From: an uncultured Bacteroidales bacterium
Lineage (GTDB): Bacteria; Bacteroidota; Bacteroidia; Bacteroidales; Paludibacteraceae
Reading direction: 5' to 3'
DNA: 37,230 bases
Assembly (NCBI GenBank): GCA_903899865.1
Contig: CAIUKZ010000041.1
Span: 1 to 37,230, forward strand
Shown: one piece after another, positions 1-7,252 of the stretch
How positions within the stretch are numbered: the first letter of the stretch is position 1
Layout: each line of letters opens with the position of its first letter
The notes under the pieces: generated by a model
Database searches by the model: none
The model's input: the letters and a program-made list of their open reading frames with translations, nothing else
Told to the model about the DNA's origin: nothing
Position numbers and translations under genes: made by a program

Positions 1-741
1 AAAGTAAAGATTGATGTAAAACAATTTTTGCTTTTCATTCAGTTTGGAAAAACCATAGAGGTCTTGATAGCACTCATTGAGCAAATCAAACATTTTACTG
101 GCATATTTTCTCACCAGTTCTTTTCGTGATTTGCATTTAACAACTCTTAGTTTGTGCTTTTTTTGTACTATCTCAGCGATTCGAAAAAATCGTTCGGGAA
201 ATACTTCTGGTACTGGAACCTTGTATTCGTACCAGTCTATGTCTTTGCTGAAACCGTAGGCCTCGATGTGCTTAGGATAGTACTCGTAGTTGTATATGGC
301 GCCAAGTGTTCCCCGTTGATCAAATCCTCTTATTAAAGTTCCTTCATGGTCAAAATCGGTAAATCCTAACGGACCATGTATGGCACGCATTCCACTGTTT
401 CGAGCCCATTCGCATGCAGTGTCAAACAAGGCCTTTGAGACCTCCATGTCATCAATAAAATCTACCCATCCAAATCGTGCTTGATGTAGATTCCACGTAC
501 CATTAGCCACTGGATTGATGATTACTGCTATTCTCCCCACAACTTCATTCCCTTTGTAAGCAAGGAAATAGACCGCATCACAAAAATCTAAAGCAGGATT
601 TTTCCCTTTTGTTAAATTTTTCTTGTCGTCCATGTATAATGGAGGAGCGGCAAATTTACAGTTTTTGTATAAGTCAATGCCAAACCAAATAAATTTTGAT
701 AAGTCCTTTTTTGTTTTAACTTGTTTTACCTCAACAGCCAT
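1..741 (-). CDS. GNAT-family N-acetyltransferase (YghO-like), 3' end outside the window
   Basis: Translated by hand from ATG at 741: MAVEVKQVKTKKDLSKFIWFGIDLYK...FLAYKGNEVVGRIAVIIN...ARFGWVDFIDD...AIHGPLGFTDFDHEGTLIRGFD...YNYEYY. The frame is open to the window edge, so it is absent from the ORF track. Confidence 0.8.
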   Translation of the reverse strand, partial: MAVEVKQVKTKKDLSKFIWFGIDLYKNCKFAAPPLYMDDKKNLTKGKNPALDFCDAVYFLAYKGNEVVGRIAVIINPVANGTWNLHQARFGWVDFIDDMEVSKALFDTACEWARNSGMRAIHGPLGFTDFDHEGTLIRGFDQRGTLGAIYNYEYYPKHIEAYGFSKDIDWYEYKVPVPEVFPERFFRIAEIVQKKHKLRVVKCKSRKELVRKYASKMFDLLNECYQDLYGFSKLNEKQKLFYINLYF

Positions 742-794
742 TTCTTTCAATTTTATGTCAATGCCTACATCAGATAGGACATTGATAGATTCAC

Positions 795-2204
795 TTATTT
801 TTGTTCCAAAAGCACCACATTCTCAACGTGGTGAGTGTGTGGAAACATATCAACAGGTTGCACCGCAGTGACTTTATACTTGCTGCTCAGCAACCCTAAA
901 TCACGTGCTTGTGTAGCAGGATTACAACTTACATAGACTATTCGTTTCGGATTGGCAATCAGAATTGCCTGTATTACATCGTCGTGCATTCCAGCCCGTG
1001 GTGGGTCAGTGATAATGACATCAGGTTTTCCATGTTTTTCGATGAAGGCAGCATTGAGAATGTCTTTCATGTCTCCAGCATAAAATAGGGTGTTTTCTAT
1101 GCCATTGAGTTGTGAATTGACCACGGCGTCTTCTATCGCTTCTGGCACATATTCTATCCCCACTACCTGTCTGGACTGACGAGCCACAAAGTTGGCTATG
1201 GTGCCAGTGCCTGTGTATAGGTCGTAAACCAGCTCGTTGCCAGTTAGTTGTGCAAAGTTTCGAGTTATTTTATATAATTCGTATGCTTGGTCTGAATTGG
1301 TTTGGTAAAATGACTTGGGTCCGATTTTGAATCTCAACCCTTCCATTTCTTCATAAATACACTCATTGCCCTTGAATACGTTCACATGCTGGTCGGTGAT
1401 GGTGTCGTTGGCTTTGGAGTTGATGACATAGAGCAAGGAGGTGATTTGAGGGAATTGTTCTGCCAAATGAGTCAGTAGTCCTTGTTGTGCGTCAAGGTCT
1501 TCATAATAAAAAATCACGATGACCATCAATTCACCTGTAGAAGTGGTTCTAATCATCAATGTACGTAGAAACCCTTCTTGATTTCGTAAATCAAAGAATG
1601 TCAAACCATGTTGCAATGCATAATGCCGAACCTCATTTCTGATAGCATTCGAATCGTCAGTTTGCAACCAGCACTTATTAATGTCTAGTACTTTGTCAAA
1701 TTGTCCAGGAATGTGAAATCCTAGAGCGTTCATCGTTTCAAACACTTTCCCCTCGGCTATCTCTTCGTTGGTACGACAGCGCTTGTTGGAGAAAGTAAAT
1801 TCAAGTTTGTTGCGGTAAAACTCAGTTTTTTTGGAACCTAATATTGGCGATATTTCGGGTAACTCAATTTTTCCAATGCGAGACAAATTGTCTACCACTT
1901 GTTTTTGCTTATGTCGTATTTGCTCCGAATAGGGGAGTATCTGCCATTTGCAACCACCACAGATGCCATAATGTTCGCACACGGCGGGTTGTCGTTGCTC
2001 GGAGTACTGGTGAAAGTGCACAGGACGAGCCTCCATGAAGCTACTTTTTTTGCGTGTGATTTGTAGGTCTACAACATCGCCAGGTACCACAAATGGGACA
2101 AAAACAACCACATCATTTACTCTTGCTATGGCTTTGCCTTCGGCAGCTATGTCAATGATGGGTACGTTTTCGAATACGGGAAGGGGTTTCTTGTTCTTAG
2201 CCAT
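795..2204 (-). CDS. rlmD: 23S rRNA (uracil-1939-C5)-methyltransferase RlmD
   Basis: N-terminal TRAM domain, 4Fe-4S motif CEHYGICGGC, SFYQTN, DLYTGTGTI, DPPRAG, YVSCNPATQARD and DMFPHTHHVE. Confidence 0.95.
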   Translation of the reverse strand: MAKNKKPLPVFENVPIIDIAAEGKAIARVNDVVVFVPFVVPGDVVDLQITRKKSSFMEARPVHFHQYSEQRQPAVCEHYGICGGCKWQILPYSEQIRHKQKQVVDNLSRIGKIELPEISPILGSKKTEFYRNKLEFTFSNKRCRTNEEIAEGKVFETMNALGFHIPGQFDKVLDINKCWLQTDDSNAIRNEVRHYALQHGLTFFDLRNQEGFLRTLMIRTTSTGELMVIVIFYYEDLDAQQGLLTHLAEQFPQITSLLYVINSKANDTITDQHVNVFKGNECIYEEMEGLRFKIGPKSFYQTNSDQAYELYKITRNFAQLTGNELVYDLYTGTGTIANFVARQSRQVVGIEYVPEAIEDAVVNSQLNGIENTLFYAGDMKDILNAAFIEKHGKPDVIITDPPRAGMHDDVIQAILIANPKRIVYVSCNPATQARDLGLLSSKYKVTAVQPVDMFPHTHHVENVVLLEQK

Positions 2205-2247
2205 TGTTCTTTCTCTTCTAAGCTCTTATCACTTGATTTTAAACTTA

Positions 2248-2255
2248 CAAAGGTA
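2248..2255 (-). promoter_or_regulatory. Bacteroidota -7 promoter box (TACCTTTG) upstream of rlmD
   Basis: Matches TAnnTTTG about 45 bp upstream of the rlmD start. Confidence 0.55.
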
Positions 2256-2407
2256 ACAATTTTTAAGCTATATTGTGTGTGAAGTCCCAATTTTTTGGGT
2301 GCTAGATACTTGGTCCTTGTGATTAGAACTTTCCATTTTCTGACTAATATTGCCAGAAAGTTAACTACTAAAGAATCTGTTATAGGTTCTGAATCTGCCA
2401 GTTGTGC

Positions 2408-3322
2408 TTACTGATTGGTAATTTTTTCGAAAACCATGAGTTTGTATTTTTTGTTTTCGGCAAATACTACAGGGTTGACAGTCTTTAGGTTTTTGTCAAT
2501 TTTCTCTTGCAAAAACGGGAAGATGGATTTGATAGCATAGTAAATACCAGGCTGTTTCAACTCCAGTTTTTCCAATGCAAATCGATATAAAGGCATGCCG
2601 ATATTATTGCCCCAAAGGTGTACGTAGGCTATGGTAGGCAAAATGTTCGGAGTGATATCTTGTTCAGATTTTAGCTCCCAGCCGTGTTTTTTTAGTTTCT
2701 CGAGAAACGCATCCCAGTAGTGTCCAGATTTTTCGGCACCGTCGCCTATTCTGAAATAATCGCATGCTATCCAAGTAGCATCAGGTTTGGAAATTTTGTG
2801 TAATAATGGTAATGACTTGTCTAAATCCAGGTACTGCAAACTTTCGGAAGTAATCAAGGTGCCATATCTGTTGATGTTTTCCTCTACGGGCACGTCCTCA
2901 AACTTGCAATGATAGTTCTTAATTTGTGGATATTTTTTAGAAATATAATGTATCTGGGTGTTGTCTGGAGTCAGAGCTATCGGTGACAATCCTTTGTCAA
3001 TGAGCAGTTTTAATAATCCACCCATGCCACACCCAATGTCAAAGACTTCATCCTTGGTGTTTTTGATTTTTTCAACCAGTAGTTCTGCATATCGATGCTG
3101 CGCATTGTAAATGTCGTTCAATGAGATGTCCTCTGGTCGAATGCTAGGGTCGTCAAAATAACCATAGTGCAAAAAATCGCCTTTGAGTATTTGAGAGTAC
3201 AATTTCAACTGTGCATCATCTCTCACACGTTCTACTTTTTTGCGATTGCGTTGTAGTTTGATGATTTTGTTTAACTCGATAGGGTTTAGTACTTTTTTAA
3301 GGATGGGTTTAATCAGACTCAT
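2408..3322 (-). CDS. Class I SAM-dependent methyltransferase (sterol/tocopherol methyltransferase-like)
   Basis: FLHYGYF and VFDIGCGMGG motifs. The start was moved to the ATG of MSLIKPILKK at 3322; the longer N-terminus in the ORF track looks non-coding. Confidence 0.8.
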   Translation of the reverse strand: MSLIKPILKKVLNPIELNKIIKLQRNRKKVERVRDDAQLKLYSQILKGDFLHYGYFDDPSIRPEDISLNDIYNAQHRYAELLVEKIKNTKDEVFDIGCGMGGLLKLLIDKGLSPIALTPDNTQIHYISKKYPQIKNYHCKFEDVPVEENINRYGTLITSESLQYLDLDKSLPLLHKISKPDATWIACDYFRIGDGAEKSGHYWDAFLEKLKKHGWELKSEQDITPNILPTIAYVHLWGNNIGMPLYRFALEKLELKQPGIYYAIKSIFPFLQEKIDKNLKTVNPVVFAENKKYKLMVFEKITNQ

Positions 3323-3723
3323 TGGTGTTCTATTTTTTATGGCTAAGGTGTCGTTTTTTTTCTGAGCTGTAAAATTATGAAAAAAAGCTTGCATTATAGC
3401 CCTTTTGTTTCGAAAAGATGCAGTGTGGAGGTGTTGGCGATAACTTTTGTATTGGCACACTTTACAAAAGTGCGGCAGAGTAGGGCAAGGCGTGAGCCTT
3501 GTTTTTAGCTACGACGTAGGTAGGAGCCAGACGCCGACAGAAAGAACCTACGCTCATCTGAGGGCTGGGTAGTAGCTCAGAGCCCCATTCTTAATGCCAT
3601 TCTTATGCTTGAACGCTTACGAAAGAGAGGTAACGAAATGAGCTTTCCAAAAAAATAATGAACTCTAATAAATTGCGAATTCAATCGAATGCCAAATAAA
3701 TCAATGCTTTATGAGATAAATCC

Positions 3724-3767
3724 ATGTTTACTTATTATCAACAGATTGCTCCATTTCTGGCAGTTTA
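3724..3767. repeat. 44-bp motif, copy 1 (copy 2 at 5340-5383)
   Basis: ATGTTTACTTATTATCAACAGATTGCTCCATTTCTGGCAGTTTA versus ATGTTTACTTATTATCAAAAGATTGCTCCATTTTTGGCAGTTTA, 2 mismatches. Confidence 0.9.
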
Positions 3768-3867
3768 GAATGAAAAGCCAATTTTTTCAGCCAACATTTT
3801 TTCAATGGTAGTTTTCCCTACACAGCTAATACCAACTATATATAAAATCATAAAAACTCTCTGGTGT

Positions 3868-4173
3868 TTAAAAATCATATTTTCGTTTTTCAATCGGAAT
3901 GGTTTTCACTTTCTCTATATTTTTTAATATCTTTTTACATGTAAAAATCAACTTTTCTTTATTTGGTGGGTCACCCCAAAATAAATCATCCAATTCCCAA
4001 TCTTCCACTTGCATTATTTCTTTGGTTAGTTTCTCTGCTTTATCAATGTATTCAGTCTCATCTATACAATCACTTGATAATAAACCAAAATGCAAAGTCA
4101 AATCATGAGTTAATTTCTCTGCTTCGATCAAAATTCCATTATATGCTTCTCTTGATAAATCGTCTGTATCCAT
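3868..4173 (-). CDS. Hypothetical acidic protein (101 aa), last cassette of array 1
   Basis: AT-rich ORF starting about 30 bp after the GTTGGCA core of the attC-like site at 4202-4333. No family recognised. Confidence 0.7.
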   Translation of the reverse strand: MDTDDLSREAYNGILIEAEKLTHDLTLHFGLLSSDCIDETEYIDKAEKLTKEIMQVEDWELDDLFWGDPPNKEKLIFTCKKILKNIEKVKTIPIEKRKYDF

Positions 4174-4201
4174 ATACTGTAGTTTTTTTTTTTTTGCTTG
4201 C

Positions 4202-4333
4202 TGCCAACGTTTAATGGTATGGTGTCGTGCGGGATTACGAAGCGATTTCTTATCAGTTTACACCAACTTTTTTTACGAGCTACCAACGCTCGAAAACCGC
4301 TGAAACCCGCATGCACTATACCATGTGTTAGCC
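4202..4333 (-). repeat. attC-like recombination site (family A, 132 bp)
   Basis: Plus strand reads TGCCAAC-gttta-ATGGTATGGTGTCGTGCGGG...CCCGCATGCACTATACCAT-gt-GTTAGCC: AAC/GTT cores, imperfect arms with one extra base and G.T pairs, just after the stop of the 4347-4925 gene. Confidence 0.8.
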
Positions 4334-4346
4334 ACTGCCGTTTTTA

Positions 4347-4925
4347 TTAATCATCAATTTTCCATTCCTTTTCTTTACTGTTATAAAAATATTCAACTCC
4401 CATAAATCCATAATATCCAATCCAGTAATGAAATTCACCAATTCCATTTATTGGTTTAAAATACAGAAAATTATGGTCTATCTGCTCAGAATAATCATAA
4501 ATAAAACTCTCTGGTAAAATCCCAATCCACACTTTGGGCAATTTGTCAATATATTTGGGTCTTAAAGATTCAAGACTAACTGGATAGTCTCCATTGTCGT
4601 TTTTATACATCTCGATTTTTTGAATCAACAATTCCGCATTGTCTTTTGTAACTTTCCCCTGAATCCGAACAACAGCAAAAAACAAAATCATATTAATCAG
4701 TCCAACAAATAGAAATACCTTACTGACACTTAATAATCGCTTATATTTCCAAGTACCTCTCAATAGTCTAGCAATTGAGCCAAAAAGAAATGTTATCCCT
4801 CCAACAATCATTAATCCATAAGGAATCAATCCTTTTGAACCCTCAATGATTATCACGAAGAATATTAGTCCTAAAATCAGATAAAGCAATATTTGAATCA
4901 ATATTTTTTTTGTATCATCAGTCAT
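4347..4925 (-). CDS. Hypothetical membrane protein (about 3 N-terminal TM segments), cassette gene
   Basis: Probable start MTDDTKK at 4925, because the upstream ORF extension runs through the attC-like site. Three hydrophobic stretches precede LIQKIEMYKNDNGDYPVSLESL. Confidence 0.75.
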   Translation of the reverse strand: MTDDTKKILIQILLYLILGLIFFVIIIEGSKGLIPYGLMIVGGITFLFGSIARLLRGTWKYKRLLSVSKVFLFVGLINMILFFAVVRIQGKVTKDNAELLIQKIEMYKNDNGDYPVSLESLRPKYIDKLPKVWIGILPESFIYDYSEQIDHNFLYFKPINGIGEFHYWIGYYGFMGVEYFYNSKEKEWKIDD

Positions 4926-5128
4926 TGTGTTACTGTTTTTTTTACGGTTGTGGCTAACGCCCGAGGCTATGGGATTTTGGCGGTCTGCGGGCGGATTTCC
5001 TGTCGTGAAACGACAAAGGAAATGCGGGCGCAAAGACTGCTAAAATCACGTCAGCCCGCCAAAACACATAGGCGTGTGTGTGCGCCCTGCATGAGCAGGA
5101 CGCACACGCTGCAAGCAATTGCAAATTG

Positions 5129-5136
5129 CAAATATA
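5129..5136 (-). promoter_or_regulatory. Outward-facing -7 promoter box (TATATTTG) inside the intron
   Basis: TAnnTTTG in the AT-rich loop of the stem CACACGCTGCAAGC...GTTTGTAGCGTGTG, pointing toward the downstream cassettes. Confidence 0.5.
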
Positions 5137-5339
5137 CAATTATTTCCAGTTAATAATTAGTTTGTAGCGTGTGTATTTCTCCAGAGGGTGTAAGTCCCAT
5201 ATGTGCGGAGTCGGTCCGAAGCATTGTAAGTCACAAGGTGGTTTATTGTGAGGTATGCAGTAGGTGGGCGGTTGCTTGTAGCCCTATCCTGAAAACCACT
5301 ATTACGGTGGCACGCCTGCAAAAACGAGGCTACGAAGCT

Positions 5340-5383
5340 ATGTTTACTTATTATCAAAAGATTGCTCCATTTTTGGCAGTTTA
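5340..5383. repeat. 44-bp motif, copy 2, in the intron where the domain IV/RT ORF would be
   Basis: 42 of 44 bases identical to 3724-3767, same orientation. Confidence 0.9.
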
Positions 5384-5500
5384 CCTGTCAGCGGCGAACT
5401 GTCCCGCAATCGGCGGGATGGTCCCGTAGAACGGGATAAATTGTGAGAGGCGCACTCCGTCAGTGTTTACTGGCGGAGCGGTCTACTCGATTGGCAATAG

Positions 5501-6106
5501 TTATTTTTTTGTCTGATTATATTTATTCAAAATGTCAAACATTTCATACACATTATCAGGTGTTAATTTCTTTAATTCTATCTCTTTAATTAATTCGAGA
5601 TTATCAGAAATAAGGGTTTTTAATAATTTTGGATTAAGCCATTTTATTGAACCATCAGGCAAAATAACATAGCTTGTCCTACAACAAACTTCTTTTTGTG
5701 GTTCACCTTCTTTTATTATTCCAACTTTTAGTTGTTCTTCCTTAAATCTTGCTGGTTCGCCTATAAAGTAAGAATAAAATCCTATCCCAATTATTTTATT
5801 AAATCCTAATAACTTGGAATATGGATAACTATTTATATAAATCGAATCACCGACTAAAACACCCCAAACATTTTTAGTCAAATTATCAGTTTCCGTTGAT
5901 GGATTAACCTTTTTAATTATATGGTTAGTAATTCCACCTGTCATAAAAACGTTTCCCTGAGTTCTTTGCTTAATCTGAAAATCAAAATACTTAGAAGGAG
6001 CATTTGACTTAAAATCAGAAAAATTCATAAAGACATTTGCTCTTTCTTGTCCATAAGACTTTATTACAATAAGAGTCATTAAAATCATAAAAGTAATCTT
6101 TTTCAT
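5501..6106 (-). CDS. Hypothetical secreted protein (201 aa), cassette gene
   Basis: Signal-peptide-like N-terminus MKKITFMILMTLIVIKSYGQ. The stop codon abuts the attC-like core. Confidence 0.8.
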   Translation of the reverse strand: MKKITFMILMTLIVIKSYGQERANVFMNFSDFKSNAPSKYFDFQIKQRTQGNVFMTGGITNHIIKKVNPSTETDNLTKNVWGVLVGDSIYINSYPYSKLLGFNKIIGIGFYSYFIGEPARFKEEQLKVGIIKEGEPQKEVCCRTSYVILPDGSIKWLNPKLLKTLISDNLELIKEIELKKLTPDNVYEMFDILNKYNQTKK

Positions 6107-6161
6107 ATCAGTCTATTTTTTGTTTTTGGATTGTTAACTCGCAGTATCTTTTTATAATTAT

Positions 6162-6293
6162 TGCCAACGACAGAGACTATGCCGATTGGCGGTTTGCGGG
6201 CGTATTCGCTGTCGCCAAGCGACAAAGTGAATGCGGGCGCAACACCTGCCAATTGCACTTCCGCCAGCCAATGGGCATAGACGTGTGTTAGGC
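6162..6293 (-). repeat. attC-like recombination site (family B, 132 bp)
   Basis: Plus strand reads TGCCAAC...CTATGCCGATTGGC...inner hairpin TGTCGCCAAGCGACA...GCCAATGGGCATAG-acgtgt-GTTAGGC. Confidence 0.85.
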
Positions 6294-6381
6294 GTTTGGT
6301 GCTTGCTCTTTCTTTTCGTGTTTTGTTGCTTTTCTAATTGTTACAAAGTCTCGCATACTCACTTTCTATGTCACTTTGTTT

Positions 6382-7031
6382 TTAAGCTTTAATTTCAATT
6401 TTTTCTCCTAAAAACTTCGGTTTCTTGTCGAAAATTAAGTCGATAAACACTTTAACTCGTGCAAATTTCTCTCTTATTTTTGTCTTGAATCCGTTGTATG
6501 CATTCACGTCTTTTGCATTAAACCCAATTGCGTTTAATTTCAAAGAGTTTGCAATGTAAACTGCACGCTGATTGTGAAATTCTTGTGAAATAACTGTAAA
6601 ACTGTCTTGTCCAAAAATTTCTTTCATTCGGAAAACTGAGTCGTAAGTTCTAAAACCAGCAAAGTCTAAATAAATTCGATTTTCAGGAATTCCATGTTTA
6701 ATCAATTCGTTTTTCATGTCCTCAGGTTCGTTGTAATCCTTTTTGCTGTTGTCGCCACTAATGACTATGTTTCTGATTTTTCCTGCTTTGTATAGTTGAA
6801 CTGTCGCCGAAATTCGCTTTGCAAAATACTGGTTTGAGCTTCCGCTTTTCAGAAATTTTGAAGTTCCTAAAAGTAGTCCAACATTGTTTTCTGGTATCGA
6901 ATCCGTTTCAGAATATATTTTGTTTTCTGTCTGTTTGTTGATTGTCGAATTTGCCCACAAAATGGAAATCAACGATGATACAATCAAGATAATAATTGTC
7001 GGTTTATAAGTTTTTTTATTCTTATTTTCAT
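6382..7031 (-). CDS. sanA: SanA/YdcF-family (DUF218) protein, first cassette of array 1; probable frameshift near the 5' end
   Basis: Motifs GLLLGTSK, ISGDNS..YNEPEDMK, LDFAGFRTYDS, ISQEFHNQRAVYIA and REKFARVK. The likely ATG at 7031 (MKIRIKKLI) is one base out of frame with the body. Confidence 0.8.
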
Positions 7032-7077
7032 ACGTTACTTGTTCAAATTCAGGTGTTTTTGTTTTTTTTGCACTTAC

Positions 7078-7094
7078 GCCTAACACCGAAATAT
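7078..7094 (-). other. Putative attI-like array entry site, array 1
   Basis: Minus strand ATATTTCGGT-GTTAGGC has a GTTRRRY core with no partner arm. It is nearly identical to the head of array 2 (ATTTTTCGGT-GTTAACA). Confidence 0.6.
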
Positions 7095-7109
7095 GGTTAA
7101 CTCATTTTC

Positions 7110-7138
7110 ATATAAGAGCAACTCAGTTGCTCTTATAT
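7110..7138. repeat. Perfect 14-bp inverted repeat with a 1-nt spacer
   Basis: ATATAAGAGCAACT-C-AGTTGCTCTTATAT, between the promoter box and the attI-like site. Confidence 0.9.
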
Positions 7139-7168
7139 TCTCCTTAAGAATCGGGCGGTTGAGAATCA

Positions 7169-7176
7169 CAAATATA
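7169..7176 (-). promoter_or_regulatory. Putative cassette-array promoter (-7 box TATATTTG), array 1
   Basis: TAnnTTTG facing into the array. Its context AAAACTTTTGTTTATATTTGTG resembles that of array 2. Confidence 0.6.
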
Positions 7177-7202
7177 AACAAAAGTTTTTAGTCAATAAAC
7201 AT

Positions 7203-7242
7203 AAAAAAAAGAGCGACTGAAAAACTTAATTTTCAGTCGCTC
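7203..7242 (-). terminator. Intrinsic terminator after tRNA-Ala
   Basis: Stem GAGCGACTGAAAA/TTTTCAGTCGCTC followed by a T8 run on the minus strand. Confidence 0.85.
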
Positions 7243-7252
7243 GGATGTGTGT

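Larger units (their letters stand above)
5080..5491 (+). mobile_element. ORF-less, degenerate group IIC-attC-like group II intron (412 nt)
   Basis: Starts GTGCGCCCTGCATG and ends TGTGAGAGG-CGCACTCCGTCAGT..ACTGGCGGAGCGGTCTACTCGAT (domain VI-like stem, terminal AT). Inserted at GTGT^T in the attC core, antisense to the cassettes, with no target duplication and no RT ORF. Confidence 0.8.
4952..5496 (-). repeat. attC-like site (family B, 133 bp when rejoined), split by the intron at 5080-5491
   Basis: GGCTAAC...CATAGGCGTGTGT (4952-5079) plus TGGCA (5492-5496) rejoin to give GTTGGCA. Clearly similar to 6162-6293 and 24516-24628. Confidence 0.8.

Noticed and set aside
3758-3797. TGGCAG (3758-3763) or CAGCCAAC (3788-3795) as the missing attC of the last cassette
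   Set aside because: No inverted arms flank either. TGGCAG is part of the 44-bp motif and lacks the GTT core.
4893-5429. Short ORFs 4893-5153, 4954-5139, 5157-5357 and 5169-5429, plus 4128-4316 and 24489-24698
   Set aside because: They run through attC-like or intron sequence and show no protein-like features or RT motifs.
4202-6293. CRISPR array interpretation of the repeats
   Set aside because: The repeats are about 132 bp, divergent and separated by whole genes. No cas genes are present.
3460-7250. An integron integrase or other tyrosine recombinase next to either array
   Set aside because: No ORF with R-H-R-Y catalytic motifs here or at 27190-27570, and the gaps are too short to hold one.
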